64,000 bases of DNA from Octopus sinensis (Eukaryota): positions 7,936,001 to 8,000,000 of the forward strand of contig NC_043014.1 in NCBI RefSeq assembly GCF_006345805.1, given 5' to 3'. The position numbers and the translations under genes are program-made. Under the pieces are notes generated by a model. The model ran no database searches and was not told where the DNA came from. It saw only the letters and a program-made list of their open reading frames with translations. Numbering within the stretch: position 1 is the first letter of the stretch; every line of letters starts with the position of its first letter. Of this stretch, positions 1 to 46,739 are shown in pieces.

Positions 1-255
1 GAAGAGATAACCATTTATTATATCGATATAAAAGATGAGGATATAATATCGGCCGTTGACGAGATGAACTCAAACTCGACAGCAGTACGCCTAGGGGTTT
101 TCCAATTATTCTTTTAAAGACATGAGAGAAAGATCTTGCAAAATCACAACGAATACTTTTCCAGAGATTCTCCGTAAGTCAAAACTTCTTAAAATGCTAA
201 AAGAAGGTGTCATATGCCCTATCCACAAAGGAGAAAGCAGAGAAATGCTAATAAT
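1..255 (+). mobile_element. Old CR1-like LINE RT fragment
   Basis: Translates to IDIKDEDIISAVDEMNSNS and KEGVICPIHKGES, matching the CR1 ORF2 at 49871-51310 (KEGVICPIHKGGS). Continues after a SINE at about 790-1250 (DVIHCVFAKIFENVDH). Confidence 0.75.
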
Positions 256-304
256 TGCAGGTTTATCTTTCTATGTCCTCATATGGGCGCAGGAGTGGCT
301 ATAT

Positions 305-486
305 AGGCGCAGGAGTGGCTATATAGGCGTAGGAGTGGCTGTGTGGTAAGTAGCTTGCTAACCAACCACATGTTCCGGGTTCAGTCCCACTGCGTGGCAT
401 CTTGGGCAAGTGTCTTCTGCTATAGCCCCGGGCCGACCAATGCCTTGTGAGTGGATTTGGTAGACGGAAACTGAAAGAAGCCTGTC

Positions 487-548
<62 letters not shown>

Positions 549-775
549 TTGTATGTCTCTGTTTGTCCCTGTAGCATTGTTTGACAACCGATGCTGGTGT
601 GTTTATGTCCCCGCCACTTAGCGGTTCGGCAAAAGAGACCGATAGAATGAGTACTGGGCTTACAAAGAATAAGTCCCGGGTTCGAGTTGCTCGATTAAAG
701 GTGGTGCTCCAGCATGGCCGCAGTCAAATAACTGAAACAAGTAAAAGAGTAAAAAGAGTAAAGAGTAATAGCTCA
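305..775 (+). mobile_element. tRNA-derived SINE family A (internal (TA)n(TG)n tract, CR1-type tail)
   Basis: Head GGCGCAGGAGTGGCTGTGTGG...GGGTTCAGTCCC (A/B-box-like), TTGGGCAAGTGTCTT, and tail GGTGCTCCAGCATGGCCGCAGTCAAATAACTGAAAC. About ten copies in the window. Confidence 0.9.
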
Positions 776-789
776 ACTCTTCAAATGTG

Positions 790-1250
790 GATGTGATACA
801 TTGCGTCTTTGCCAAAATCTTCGAAAATGTTGACCATTGGATGATACTGCATGATCTTGATATTGTTAGTAAATTATGGGAAACGGTTGCATGCCTTTTT
901 AAGAAACAGCTGTCAAGCAGTAGCAACCAATGGTGCTATCACTGGAAAGAAATCGATACTAAGCAGAGTCCGTCAGCAAACTGTACTGGGACAGCTACTG
1001 TTTATGATGGCTCTTCTAGGCATGCTTTCAGTGATATAGTTATACAGTCATCTACACTCACCAGCTAGTCTGATGATGCAAAACTTGTCGCAAGTAATTA
1101 TGGATCCTGAAGATATCTCACTTCTGTCTAATTCATTGCTTCACCTGAACCGATTCCAGAGCCAGAAAGTGGAAATGAGTCTAAAATACACAAACGTTAG
1201 CGCTAATGTCGGTGCCCTACCATGGGAACAGTTTTAGTTTGAAATTAATA
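790..1250 (+). mobile_element. Degenerate CR1-like RT fragment (continuation of 1-255)
   Basis: DVIHCVFAKIFENVDH resembles DVIYLDFAKAFDKVDH. Also a GTATV segment and a *SDDAKL remnant of YADD. Confidence 0.65.
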
Positions 1251-1369
1251 AGAGAATAGTAGAATTACACACATACACACACACATATACACACACATAC
1301 ACTCACACACATACACAAATATACATACAAACATACATATATATGTGTGTGTGTGTATGTGTACATATG

Positions 1370-1568
1370 TGACCGCGTGAGTACCGTTGGCGATTTTTTT
1401 CCCTCTGTCTTCCCTTCTCTGGATCTTTCCTTCTCCTATGTTTCCGACGAAGAGCTCCGCTCGAAACGTAAAACCCTCCTTCTTCCCTTCCTTCCTGAGC
1501 GTCCAGTAATACTATATTGTTCCACGTCCTCGCGTCGTTGTGTTTTTTTTGTGCTTTCATGTTTGGAT

Positions 1569-1575
<7 letters not shown>
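1370..1575 (+). mobile_element. Penelope-type pseudo-LTR relic with minimal hammerhead-like motif
   Basis: 1441-1473 reads TTT-CCGACGA-A-GAGC(TCC)GCTC-GAAAC-GTA-AAA and lies between microsatellites. Confidence 0.55.
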
Positions 1576-1639
<64 letters not shown>

Positions 1640-1640
<1 letters not shown>

Positions 1641-2800
1641 ATATATTCGTGCACGCGAGCATACACTTGCACACGACCAAAGAAAGAAGCTCTCCAGTCG
1701 AAGAAGGTAAAATAGAAAGGAGGAACCAATCCAAAGAGGCAGTACTGGAGGGTTTCAAGTACCAACAATTGAAAGATACCATCCATGATAATAACTGCAA
1801 AAAACTGTTGGGTTACTGCGCGGATCGTCTATAACAGATGTATTCATTCCCAGGATTCCCCCTAATCCCTCGGGAACAGACACATACCTTTCGATTTCAG
1901 AAGACTGCAATTCCCGCTCCGGCCCAGCTTTGCCATGTCTGTCAACAAGTCCCAGGGTCAGACTCTTTCTCTAGCCGGACTTCTCTTGGAAGAGCCTTGA
2001 TTTTCCCATGGCTAGCTGTAAGTTGCATGCTCTAGAGTTGGCAGTAGAGACAGACTGTTCGTATTAACACGTTGGGGGAAGACAAGAAACATTGTCTACA
2101 ACGAAGTGCTACGTAATTGCCAAGGCTGAAGTGGGTACGCTATTGCCATGCATGCATATAACAGGATACGCTCAGATACTTTTACTATTTGAGCGAACTC
2201 CGTTTCAAGCGGAAGCATCAGAAAAGGGCGCCTGCCTCTTGACATTCTGTGGGTTTATGGAAGGCGTTCGTGTGGTGTCCCTACGATGGCAAAGAGGTGT
2301 CGATTCGTTGCAGTTGCACGATAATAATGCGAAGAAACAATGTTGTCAACCAGCTGCTACAAACGGACCAGCGGAAAGGCAGGTTAGGTATCGCATATTT
2401 GAGGACATTTCTGCTGCCTTTCTATAATGTCGATTACCCCAAGTATATTTATTCATAACATTAAAGTGACCAATTCAACGGAAAGGATACCAATTGACAA
2501 AACGCATGGCGGCTACGCTTTGCATGAACCTCTTGAGGGCAACATTCCAACTGTTGACCATTAACCTCCTTCAACTGGGAGCAAACTATCGCTCACATGG
2601 TCCTCCGCACTTAAGAAACGCTGAAATTGTTCAACTCGTTCTCTATGGCTTCATTCGCAAGTGTATGGTTCTAATCTGCGCTGGGCTGAGGACTAAGGTG
2701 TTGCAATCTGAAGAGCATTGCGTGAACGCTGTAGCCGAGGTAGGGCTCAAAAAATTTCCTCAAGTGCAAGGCCTCATCTTTCTTCAGTTGAAACGTAATT
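1640..2800 (-). mobile_element. Highly degenerate Penelope-like element RT region
   Basis: Minus-strand remnant HPQNVKRQAPFSD..RLKR resembles the PLE HP..K..IPYSQ.LR motif. Many stops; adjacent to a pLTR-like relic. Confidence 0.4.
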
Positions 2801-3019
2801 TATTAAGTCCCGTGCAACGCCGAGTAATATATATATATATATATATAATATATATATATATATGAAAATAGTAATGCAATACGAAAGTATCGCTTTCCAG
2901 TAAAAGATAGCCCGTAAGGGTAAAATTATACATATAAAAGTAAATAAATGGTACAATTTTCCAGTAAATATCGGTACTTCGTTGTACCATTTATTTACTT
3001 ATATATATATATTCTTGTT

Positions 3020-4045
3020 TTAGCTCAGAGCTGCGGCCATGCTGGTGCACCGCCGTTTTGTGCTACACTGTTATTACGAAGAACCTCCTCTAATATGTGG
3101 CACTTGGTGAAGAATGGAGTTTGATATAGCTACTCTCATTTGCACCTCTTGCCGTGAGGTAGGTTCATCTGGGACTCTCGACAGGAAGATGTCCAGCTTT
3201 GATTTAAAGACCGCTACATCTACTTTGTGCAACTTCCTCAGACTCTCTGGGAGAATATTAAAAAGCTGTGGGTCCTTGAAACCCAGGCTGTTGCAGAAGC
3301 TGGTCCTGAAGCATGATGGTATTGGCGGCGAGCTGGCAGAAACGTTAGCATGCCGGGTGAAATGCTTAGCGGTATTTCGTCTGCGTTACGTTGTGAGTTC
3401 AAATTCCGCCGAGGTCGTCTTTGCCTTTCATCCTTTCGGGGTCGATAAATTAAGTACCAGTTATGCACTGGGGTCGATGTAATCGACTTAATACCTATGT
3501 CTGTCCTTGTTTGTCCCCTCTGTGTTTAGCCCCTTGTGGGTAATAAAGAAATAGGTATTGGTGGGGTCTTTGGCACTATGCAGTGTCGTCCCGTTCTAGC
3601 ATTGGTGTAGCTTACAATGCCAAAATTTGGCACAATTCCTTCCAGGATCTTCCAGACATATATTACTGCATACCTCTCCCGTCTTCTCTCCAGGGAGTAG
3701 AGTCTTAGCTCTTTCAAACTTTCCCAGTAGCTGAGCTGTTGTAAAGGGACGATCTTCTTTGTGAATCTTCTCTGGATTGCTTCAAGGTCCGCTGTTAATT
3801 TTACACTGGTGGGTGACCATAGCTGTGAGCAGTAATCCAGGCGGCTGAGGACGAATGTCCGCCAGAGGACCATCATGGTTTCCTTATCTCTGGTTCTAAA
3901 TGTTCTTAGGATCCACCCAGCCAGTCGTCTGCACTTTGTCGCCATCCTGGTAATGTGCACTTGGAAAGAGGCATCATCACTTATGTCGATACCCAGGTCC
4001 CTCACAGACTTAGGCTCTGGGATTGAAATTCCCTGTGGACCGGTG
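3020..4045 (-). mobile_element. CR1-like LINE family 1, 3' fragment interrupted by SINE B
   Basis: ORF 3526-4005 (RDLGIDIS...SRLDYCSQLWSP...YSLERRRER) and the C-terminus VPDEPTSRQEVQMR are homologous to 49871-51310. 3' UTR is GGCGGTGCACCAGCATGGCCGC. Confidence 0.9.
3326..3553 (+). mobile_element. tRNA-derived SINE family B with target-site duplication
   Basis: Head GGCGGCGAGCTGGCAGAAACGTTAGC, B-box GAGTTCAAATTCC, central GCCTTTCATCCTTTCGGGGTCGATAAATTAAGTACCAG, tail AGCCCCTTGTGGGTAATAAAGAAATA. TSD GGTATTGG at 3318-3325 and 3554-3561. Confidence 0.9.
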
Positions 4046-4760
4046 TATCCTGTAAGTTTAATATTCAGTTAATATATATAGCCACTTCACACAGTTTTTT
4101 CTCTCCTTGTTTTTTCTGTGTCCTTTTCTGTAGAAGCATATACGTTTTATTTATTATTTTGCACATTACTTAATCATCGTTATATGTTTTATCTTGTATT
4201 TAATCTTTCTATAATATGTAATTTTCTAGATGGTATAATTTAATTTTTCCTTATTGAATTGATAAAAGGTGTTTTTTTTCTAATTTATATATATATGTAT
4301 GTATATATATATATGTATGCATGCATGTATGTATATGTATGCATGTATGTATATGTATATATGTGTGTGTTGGGATCTTTTTATGCATCTTTCTGCAGAC
4401 TTATTTCAAATTCTACTATAGACTACTTGAGTGTAACCCTTAATCATCGCCGGCTCTTAACACCACAAACTGGCATCCTGTACGTATTTTGCACTTAGTG
4501 TGTCCCTTGCAAGTATTTGGGGTTGTTTGAAAGCGTTTTCGTCCTCCTTCAACAGCATCTTCAGAGATCCAGGGAATGTGTAGTCAGTACAGTCTTACTC
4601 TATGACTAACAGATAAACTAATAAACGCATCCGCGAAGACGTGACTGTGTGATAACTAATATTACTTTTCAAATCAGGCCAAATGCAATCCCACTGCATG
4701 GTACCTTCGGCAAGTATCTTTTACTAAAGTCTCAAGCCGACTTTACCTTTCACGTGTTGC

Positions 4761-4839
<79 letters not shown>

Positions 4840-4965
4840 ATATATCTATTAGTCTATCTACCTACCAACCTATCTATTTTTCTATCATCTATCTATCTAT
4901 CTATCTATCTATCTATTTATTTATCTATCTATCTATCTATTTTTCTATCTATCTATCTATTTTTC

Positions 4966-5030
<65 letters not shown>
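4761..5030. repeat. (ATCT)n microsatellite, left flank of Tx1 LINE
   Basis: Direct inspection. Confidence 0.95.
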
Positions 5031-8000
5031 CGATTCCAACTGTCTGACAGGTACCGACTCGACCACCCAAATGCACCAACGTGGACATGGAGCAACCGCA
5101 GTGGGTCGTCGAGATCGTATCTAGATAGGATAATGTGTAGGACAGTAGACAGGGATAACTTAGGATGTCCACAATTCCACACAGTCAGCTACACGGATCA
5201 CAAATTCGTGACGTGTACGCTAGACTTAGATAAGGCACATAGACAGGGTCCTGGTTACTGGAAACTGAACGCATCTTTCCCATCCAGACAGGTTTTCAGA
5301 GACAGAATCAACACGTTAGTAAAAAGGGCTTTAACGGGAGCCATTGTCCACAACAAATGGTGGTTCGCCCTCAAGAGAGCAGTAAAAGCGGAAGCAATTA
5401 GATATAGCAAGGCACTAGCCGTAGATAGAAATAGAGTGGAGGGTGAGTTAGTTAAGAAGTTAGAAGAGGCAATAAGAAGCGGCATCACATCCGACGCTTT
5501 AGCGGCGAGGTTGGCCCTTGACCAACACTTCAACGCCAAACACGAAGGGTGTGCTGTCAGGGCTAGGATGCGTGCGCTAAGGATGGAAGGTGTTGGAGCC
5601 GCGAGGGAGGCCCGGGTGGTGGAGGCGCAGCAGGGCAACAAAGCCACCATTCGGTCTCTGGTAGATGAACAAGGGCGCGAATTGCTCGAGCCCAGCAAGA
5701 TGTGCGAGACATTTCAGCGGCACTTTGCCCGACTGTACGGGATGAGTGGCGAGCGTGAACGCAGGGTGGACCTCAGTGCCTACCTGCACAGCCTACCACG
5801 ACTCTCGGCAAGAGAGGCAGAGTGCTGCGAAGGTGCCATCACGGCGGCGGATGTGCGATACGCGATGGCAGAATGCTCGAGGGAAAAATCGCCGGGTTTG
5901 GATGGTCTGCCCTACGAGTTTTACAATTGTATGCCAGACTTGTTTGGAGACGTCTTGGCAGCGGTATACTGCAACTGGCAGCAAAACGGGAGCATACCCG
6001 GTTTTGCGAGTCGAGGAGCCGTAACGCTGCTGAAGAAAGATCCAAACAAGGGGAACATTATAGATAACTTTAGACCAATCACTCTGCTCAATGCAGACCT
6101 GAAAATTTTGACAAAGGTGTTAGCCAAGAGGTTGGCTCTTGTCATCGAGAAACTGGTCGACAACGCACAAACGTGCGCCGTGCCGGGCCGGAGCATCCAT
6201 GACAACCTCCATCTGATGCGCTACATCATAGACAGAGTAGTTAAGGAACCTGGCATGGGTGGGGCCCTGATCAAATTGGACCAATCGAGAGCCTTCGATA
6301 GGGTAGACCATCGATACTTGGAGGCAGTCCTGAGAGCGGCTGGTTTCGGCCCCGTCTTCCGCAGCTGGATAGCTGCCTTGTACAGAGGCATCCGTTCGGT
6401 AATTCGCGTAAATAGACATCTATCGAGACCTTTCGACATTGCACGTTCGGTCCGTCAGGGATGCCCCCTCTCGGCGCTTCTATACGTATTGACTCTTGAG
6501 CCACTACTGTGGAAGCTGGCGACTCTGAGGGGCATCCCGCGAGAATTGTGATGCGGGACGAGCGTGTCTGCATACGCGGACGACGTCACCGTCATAGTGT
6601 CAAGCCACGAGCACATCGAGCTGATCGGCGAGACACTGAAAGACTACGAAGCGGTGACAGGAGCAAAAATCAACCGGGAAAAGTCAGTGGGCTTGCGGCT
6701 CGGCACCTGGAGACGCAAGCCCATGCCGTCCACCAGTACCTCCGTCGTGGGACGCTGGACGCCCGGTTGAGTTGCTCGGGGTCTGGTTCGGTCCGGACCT
6801 CCAAATGGAGAAGAACTGGAACGAGATAACGAGTAGGGTGGTCACTCTCGCTCGGCAATGGGCCGAGAGGAAACTGTCCCTAAAAGGTCGGGCGGAGGTG
6901 GCGAACACGTACATCGCGTCCATCATCTACTACCGCCTGACCATCGTACCTTGTCCCGACCCTACCAACACCAAACTAGAACGCATTCTCTTCCGCTTCT
7001 TGTGGAAAGGATGCGTCCCGATGGTCAGGCGATCCATTTGCTGTCAACACCCGTTAAAAGGAGGGCTGGGCATGCCGTGGTTGATGATGCGCAGACACGC
7101 GCTGAGACTGCGACATCTCCGGCTCTATGTAGACGACGGTGAACAGGTGTGGTCGCCGTTTGTGAGGCACGCGTTCCCGCAGCTCGTCTCCATGACCGAA
7201 CTGCAGTCGTGGATCAAAAAGAGGCCGAGGAAGGGCGAATGGCACCGCGAGTGTCGCGTTGCTCTCAAGCAACTCTGCCGTCCCGGGTCGACCTTGAGTG
7301 ACTTCAACACAACCAAAGCATTCTATAGGGGATTAGTGGAGGGGAGGTATGACGACGATCTTGGGGCAAACCTGGGCGTCGACGAGGAATACCTGACCCG
7401 CCTGTTTGAAACGACTTTCGGTCCGGGATCTATGGACAACTTCCAGAGATCCCTGGCCTGGCGGTGCTACCGAGAAGCGCTACCCGTTCAGGATAAGCTC
7501 TATAGGCATGGCTCGAGAAACACGGGGCCGACCTGCCCGAGATGCGGGCAGAACGACGAAACCGCTCTGCACGCAATCGTGCAGTGTCCAGCAATTTCCG
7601 ACCTGTGGGCTTATGTCGAACGACTGCTGTCACGTGTGGGACGTGTCGGTTTATCAGCCGAGTCTATCGTTAATATCGTCACGCCTCCTTCCTTCAAACG
7701 GGAAGGAAGAGCTATTTTTATCATCCTTGTGGCTATGGCGAAAGAATGTATCTGGTGGACGCGCCTGAAAGGATTAGAGACAAACACTTTCCTCTCTGGT
7801 CAATCTCTCATCAACTTCTTCAAGTATCACTTGAAGAAAAAAGTGAGAGTAGAGAGGCAAGTTTTGTCTAGTGAATGTTTTAAAAAAAGATGGGTGAATG
7901 TAGCAAGGATGGCACGTATGAATGACGAAGCCACCTTGACTATGATTCTATGAACCGTAAAAATTAATACAGAGAGTTGCTTATTTGCAAAAAAAAAAAG

Positions 8001-8342
8001 AAATATAACATGTGACTTCATTGACCGAGGTTACCGTGGTCTTTTCCGTAGGCTTTTCTTTCCACGGGTAAACCTCACCTGTCCTCCCCTTTACACTTCA
8101 TATTGACATTTCTGTGATAACGATCCCTATTGATCAATTTTTTTTCCTTTCCCTTTTTTTCCTCACCTCCCCTCTTTTTTTAAAAAATTTTATTTTATAC
8201 CCCCTTTTTTTGTTCTCTTTCTTTCCATTTCGATCCCTTTTTATTGAAAACCAAACCCACATCTTTTACCCCCAAAAGGAAAACGCCCTACCTTGTAATT
8301 TTGTCCTGTCTGTGTGCAGCCCTGTGTGGCTAATAAAGAAAC
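5031..8342 (+). mobile_element. Tx1-clade non-LTR retrotransposon, 5'-truncated within the APE endonuclease, ORF2 disrupted
   Basis: Motifs SRSYLDR..TDH, GPGYWKLNAS, SPGLDGLPYEFY, NFRPITLLNADLKI, LDQSRAFDRVDH, RQGCPLS, YADD and the zf-RVT knuckle CPRCGQNDETALHAIVQC. One in-frame TGA (6549-6551) and one frameshift (~6770). 3' end AATAAAGAAAC abuts (ATCT)n. Confidence 0.92.
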
Positions 8343-8343
8343 A

Positions 8344-9000
<657 letters not shown>

Positions 9001-9117
9001 TGTGTTTGTTTCTCTTTATGGTTATATGTTTACAGTCTGAGACTGTTTAGGTACTAAAGACTGAAACAAAACAATTTGTGAGGTGTGTGGCTGCGAGGTT
9101 GGGTGTCTGTGTACTTT

Positions 9118-9118
<1 letters not shown>

Positions 9119-9187
<69 letters not shown>

Positions 9188-9190
9188 GAG
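9119..9190. repeat. (GA)n microsatellite
   Basis: Direct inspection. Confidence 0.95.
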
Positions 9191-9518
9191 AAAAGATGGA
9201 GAGAAAATGGGACAGAGAGAAAGTGTCAGAAGGAAAGAGAGAGGTGTGAGAAATGTACTTAAAATCTTGACCCAGAAATACCACGAACGAGGGAAATTAA
9301 GCAGAGGGAAAAAGGAGAAGACAATGAAAAAGAAAAGGAAACAAAGAAAAGGGGAAAATGGACAAATTAAACAAGTAGTCGAATCATCATCACCATCATT
9401 AGCATTTGATCGAAGCAGTAGTCGTAGTAGTGATAGTCGTAGTTGAAGAATTTCCATTGTTTCTGGGTATTAACAAAAGTAATAATTATTCTAAGTCCCA
9501 CATTTTTGTATGGGCCTG

Positions 9519-9528
9519 TATATAAATA
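9519..9528 (+). promoter_or_regulatory. TATA box of the peroxidase-like gene
   Basis: TATATAAATA lies about 130 nt upstream of a consensus donor (GAG|GTAAGT at 9660/9661) that carries the in-frame ATG. Confidence 0.6.
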
Positions 9529-9655
9529 CCGGGAGATTTTGCGGTCTTACTACTTCGCTAATCACCCTGGTACTGAACTGGCAAGTCTTGCATAAACCAA
9601 CGTCGTATCCGAATATTTGCAACGTTTTCATTCCTCAAAGAAAATAAAAAGAAAA

Positions 9656-42618
<32,963 letters not shown>

Positions 42619-42756
42619 TAAGAATAACACAAAGTAACTGCAGGAGGAGACGTAGTAGCAGTAGTAGCATTAGCAATATTTATAGTAATAAGAGTATAAA
42701 CAGTACTACGTTATATTTTCAAGTACATAATGCTGATTTGTTAAGAATAGAATACA

Positions 42757-42762
42757 AATAAA
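42757..42762 (+). terminator. Candidate polyadenylation signal AATAAA
   Basis: About 140 nt after the stop codon, at the end of unique sequence. Confidence 0.5.
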
Positions 42763-42827
42763 AGGATATATACGAATGTCATATATATATGTGTGTGTGT
42801 GTGTGTGTGAGAGAGAGTGTGTATGTA

Positions 42828-42888
<61 letters not shown>

Positions 42889-43054
42889 GGGAGAGTTTAC
42901 GAAAAAAACAAAAGACGAAGACAGGTGGTGTACAAAACAAACAGATGTTTTAGTATAACGCTCAGGAATAGAAAAAGGCTTTTACGTTTCGAGCCTACGC
43001 TCTTCTACAGAGAAGGACACAGAAAAAACAAGGAGACACACACACACACACACA

Positions 43055-43111
<57 letters not shown>

Positions 43112-44013
43112 CATGTATGCGAAGCTCTGAATTCCTGGATAAAAAATTTAAATTTGAATAATTAATTACGTATGGTAAAAAAAGCATTTTTAATTCCCAA
43201 GTAAAATAAAGTTCTGAAGTCCTATATATTTATCTTCTTTTTTATTTTATTTATCCATCTCTCTCTTTATTTGTTCGCTCTCACTTGTTCCACCTTGTAG
43301 GCTATGTCCGTCTGTCAGTCTACATTTTTTAGCTTTGGTATTGTGTTCAGAAAATGGTCATGTACATGTCCTAGACAGGATTGCCAAGTCTAATGTGAAT
43401 GACGTTTTGCTGACCATGAAAAGCAATTATAGTTAATTGCTGGAGAAAAAAAAAAGTGTAGGGAAAGAATTGCAGATGATTTTCTGGGAAGAGATGTGTG
43501 TGAGAGTAATTAGTGTTGTTCTGGAAATATGGTAGGAATTTCGTATAGAGTTCTTTGTGTAGACAGTATTAACAGACATATTTCTGAAGTACAAAGATCC
43601 TTTTTGAGATGCAGCACGAAGTTTTGTCAGTGAACAGGTCGCGGACTCAAAGCGATGAAAATATTTTGACAAATTAAATTTGAATGTTGAAGTGAATCTA
43701 ACGGATTTTGTATGTTTCTTAAATCGCTTATAAACACCTTCCACGCTGCAATTGTTTTCGTTCCAGTACACGATCTCAGATCAAGTCACTCGCTATGCAA
43801 GTACATCTCCGTAAAGATCCTTTTTACTATTAGTAACAGATAATGTCGATACAGTGTCTCTGTGGGCTAGAAATTGCCGTACGCTTTGCTGTTATATAAT
43901 AATAGCAATCATTCTAGTGTAATTAGTGTATCTGAGGTTCATATCTTTAGTCAGCACACACACACATATATGTATGTATATATATGTGTATATATATATA
44001 TATATTATTATAT

Positions 44014-44070
<57 letters not shown>

Positions 44071-44084
44071 CATATATATATATA

Positions 44085-44132
<48 letters not shown>

Positions 44133-44146
44133 TATATATATATATA

Positions 44147-44177
<31 letters not shown>

Positions 44178-44846
44178 TCACTCAGCCATGACAGCTTTAA
44201 CTAACAGCACCAAACATATTGTCACATGACATTAAAGAACAGACGGAGCAACGAACTTTAAAAAAATTTTAAACCTAATCACATGATCATCCTCGACCAA
44301 TCAAATCGTATCCAAAAGAAATACTAATTAGCGCCATGTTCTCGCTATAGAAACAAGACATATTTTGAATACTAATCTGATGCAAGACAGCTGCAACTTC
44401 GATCCCTGTCCTTCTACCTCAAATTTTGAAAATCAGATAAATCTGCGAAACCGGTCAAGTCTTTAGAATTTCTTTGTATGTTTCTACCCGTGTGGAATAA
44501 AACTTATTTGTTTTCTATATGTATATATAACATGACCTACACAATTTTGGTTGTGTTGTTTATAATGTTTAGGATTGCAGTAGATGTCTTAGGGAAGCGT
44601 TGAAAATCCACCTGACGACGATCTGTAATATGTTGAAATCACGTGATTCAAAAGTTGCATCTGCCGGTATTGACGAAATATTCTCAACCGATATTACCGG
44701 TGCTTTTAAACAATTGTCATCTACACGAGATTATTTCTTGAGACATTTATGGCAGTCTTCAAAATTAGAAACAACACAGCTAAGTTAGATAGATAGCTAC
44801 ATACATGCATGTATATATATATATATATATTATATATATATATATG

Positions 44847-44917
<71 letters not shown>

Positions 44918-45193
44918 TATATACAGTTAAGTAATTGAGATTCTAGTGAATTCCAAAGAATTCACATGAATATGGTCCTTAACTAGGATGCACCGGATAT
45001 CTATATGGTGTTAGCCATACGACAAGTGGTGTGATTATAAATAGGAAAAAAGCAACAAGAATGGATTAAAATCTCGGTACGATCGTTTCGTACGAGGACA
45101 TCTTTAATAAGCTACAAAAAATGTATGTATATATATATACATATATATGTATATACATGTACATATATATGTGTATTGATATGTATATATACG

Positions 45194-45282
<89 letters not shown>

Positions 45283-45296
45283 TATGTATGTATATG

Positions 45297-45700
45297 GAGT
45301 GGCTGTGTGGTTAGTACCTTGCTTACGAACCACATGGTTCCGGGTTCAGTCCCACTGCGTGGTACCTTGGGCAAGTGTCTTCTACTATAGCCTCGAGCTG
45401 ACCAAAGCCTTGTGGGTAGATTTGGTAGACGGAAACTGAAAGAATCCCGCCGTATAAATGTATACGTGTATGTGTGTGTGTGTGTGTGTATGTTTGAGTA
45501 TCTGTGTGTGTCCCCCAACATCGCTTGACAACTGATGCTGATGTGTTTACGTCCCCGTCACTTAGCGGTTCGGCAAAAGAGTCCGATAGAATAAGTACTA
45601 GGCTTACAAAGAATAAGTCCTTGGGTCGATTTCCTCGACTAAAGGCGGTGCTCCAGCATGGCCGCAATCAAATGACTGAAACATGTCAAAGGGTAAAAGA
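45297..45700 (+). mobile_element. SINE family A copy
   Basis: Matches 305-775. Confidence 0.85.
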
Positions 45701-46739
45701 GAGTAACAGTAAGCGTAAAAGATGTTTTATATGGCCCATTCTACCAGTGTCCGAAGTTTGACAGTGTTTAGTTACAGAAAATTAATTTCTCGATCTGCCG
45801 TTCAAAGGGGTAAGATCCATTTGTCGGTTGTTTCATTGTCTGTATTTTTTTCAAATTATGACTCAAGTATGTCGATCAACAGAAAAAAATTATTGAATAT
45901 CAAACGGTGGTAATTCTAAAACTTTAAATGCTTAAATATAAGATTTTTTTTATATACTATGATTCTATCATGCAGTCTTTTTGGATATGCTGCAAATTGT
46001 TCACAGACTTGAATTAACTACTAATACTTGGCCATCAAATAAACCACGGGAAAATTTACGTTACTTTGCGATCCATCTCAATATTTAGTATCACACAGTT
46101 GAAAATCATTCAGAAATGAAGAAGGCAAGTAATGCGTTAAAAGGTATAAGTCTTATTTTAGTCTAGAGTATCAGGAAGCGGTCTATCGGTATCTCCGGGT
46201 ACGACGTTCTAGTGCTCACAAGCTAAATATACTCGTGGGAAAATAGATACACACATGGATGCAATTTATGATAGACTGGGCATTTCAGTTTTCTTTGAGA
46301 GTGAAACCCAACCTTTTTTCATTTGTATTTTTTTTTTTACCTGATACTTTACCTGATACTTTACCATAACTCGAAGTCATTGGGAGAGAGAGAGAGGGGG
46401 GGTATCCTCAAACTACAGAACTGTTCCGAATGCTCGCTTGTTCATTCCGCTGCCCTCCATGGAGGGCATGATAGAGTTTGAAGTCAGAATGTAATGAACA
46501 AGAACAAACAAGGCGACGCAACCAGTTTGACTGTTATATTTCCGCCAGTCAGCTACGATAAACTGGTACTCATGTTTAATGTAACGTAAACAGAGATGGA
46601 ATGTGTTAAGATATGTATTTGACATGACTTGGTGGTGAAACTAAATGCATACGTATCTATTGGTGGTATTAAATAGTATAGTCATTGGTAATAAATAGTA
46701 TAAATATTGTGTATGTTTCAAGATATTCTTTTCTATTCT

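Noticed and set aside
5133-7953. Tx1, CR1 and PLE ORFs as host genes or active elements
   Set aside because: All carry stops, frameshifts or 5' truncations, so they are annotated as mobile-element copies.
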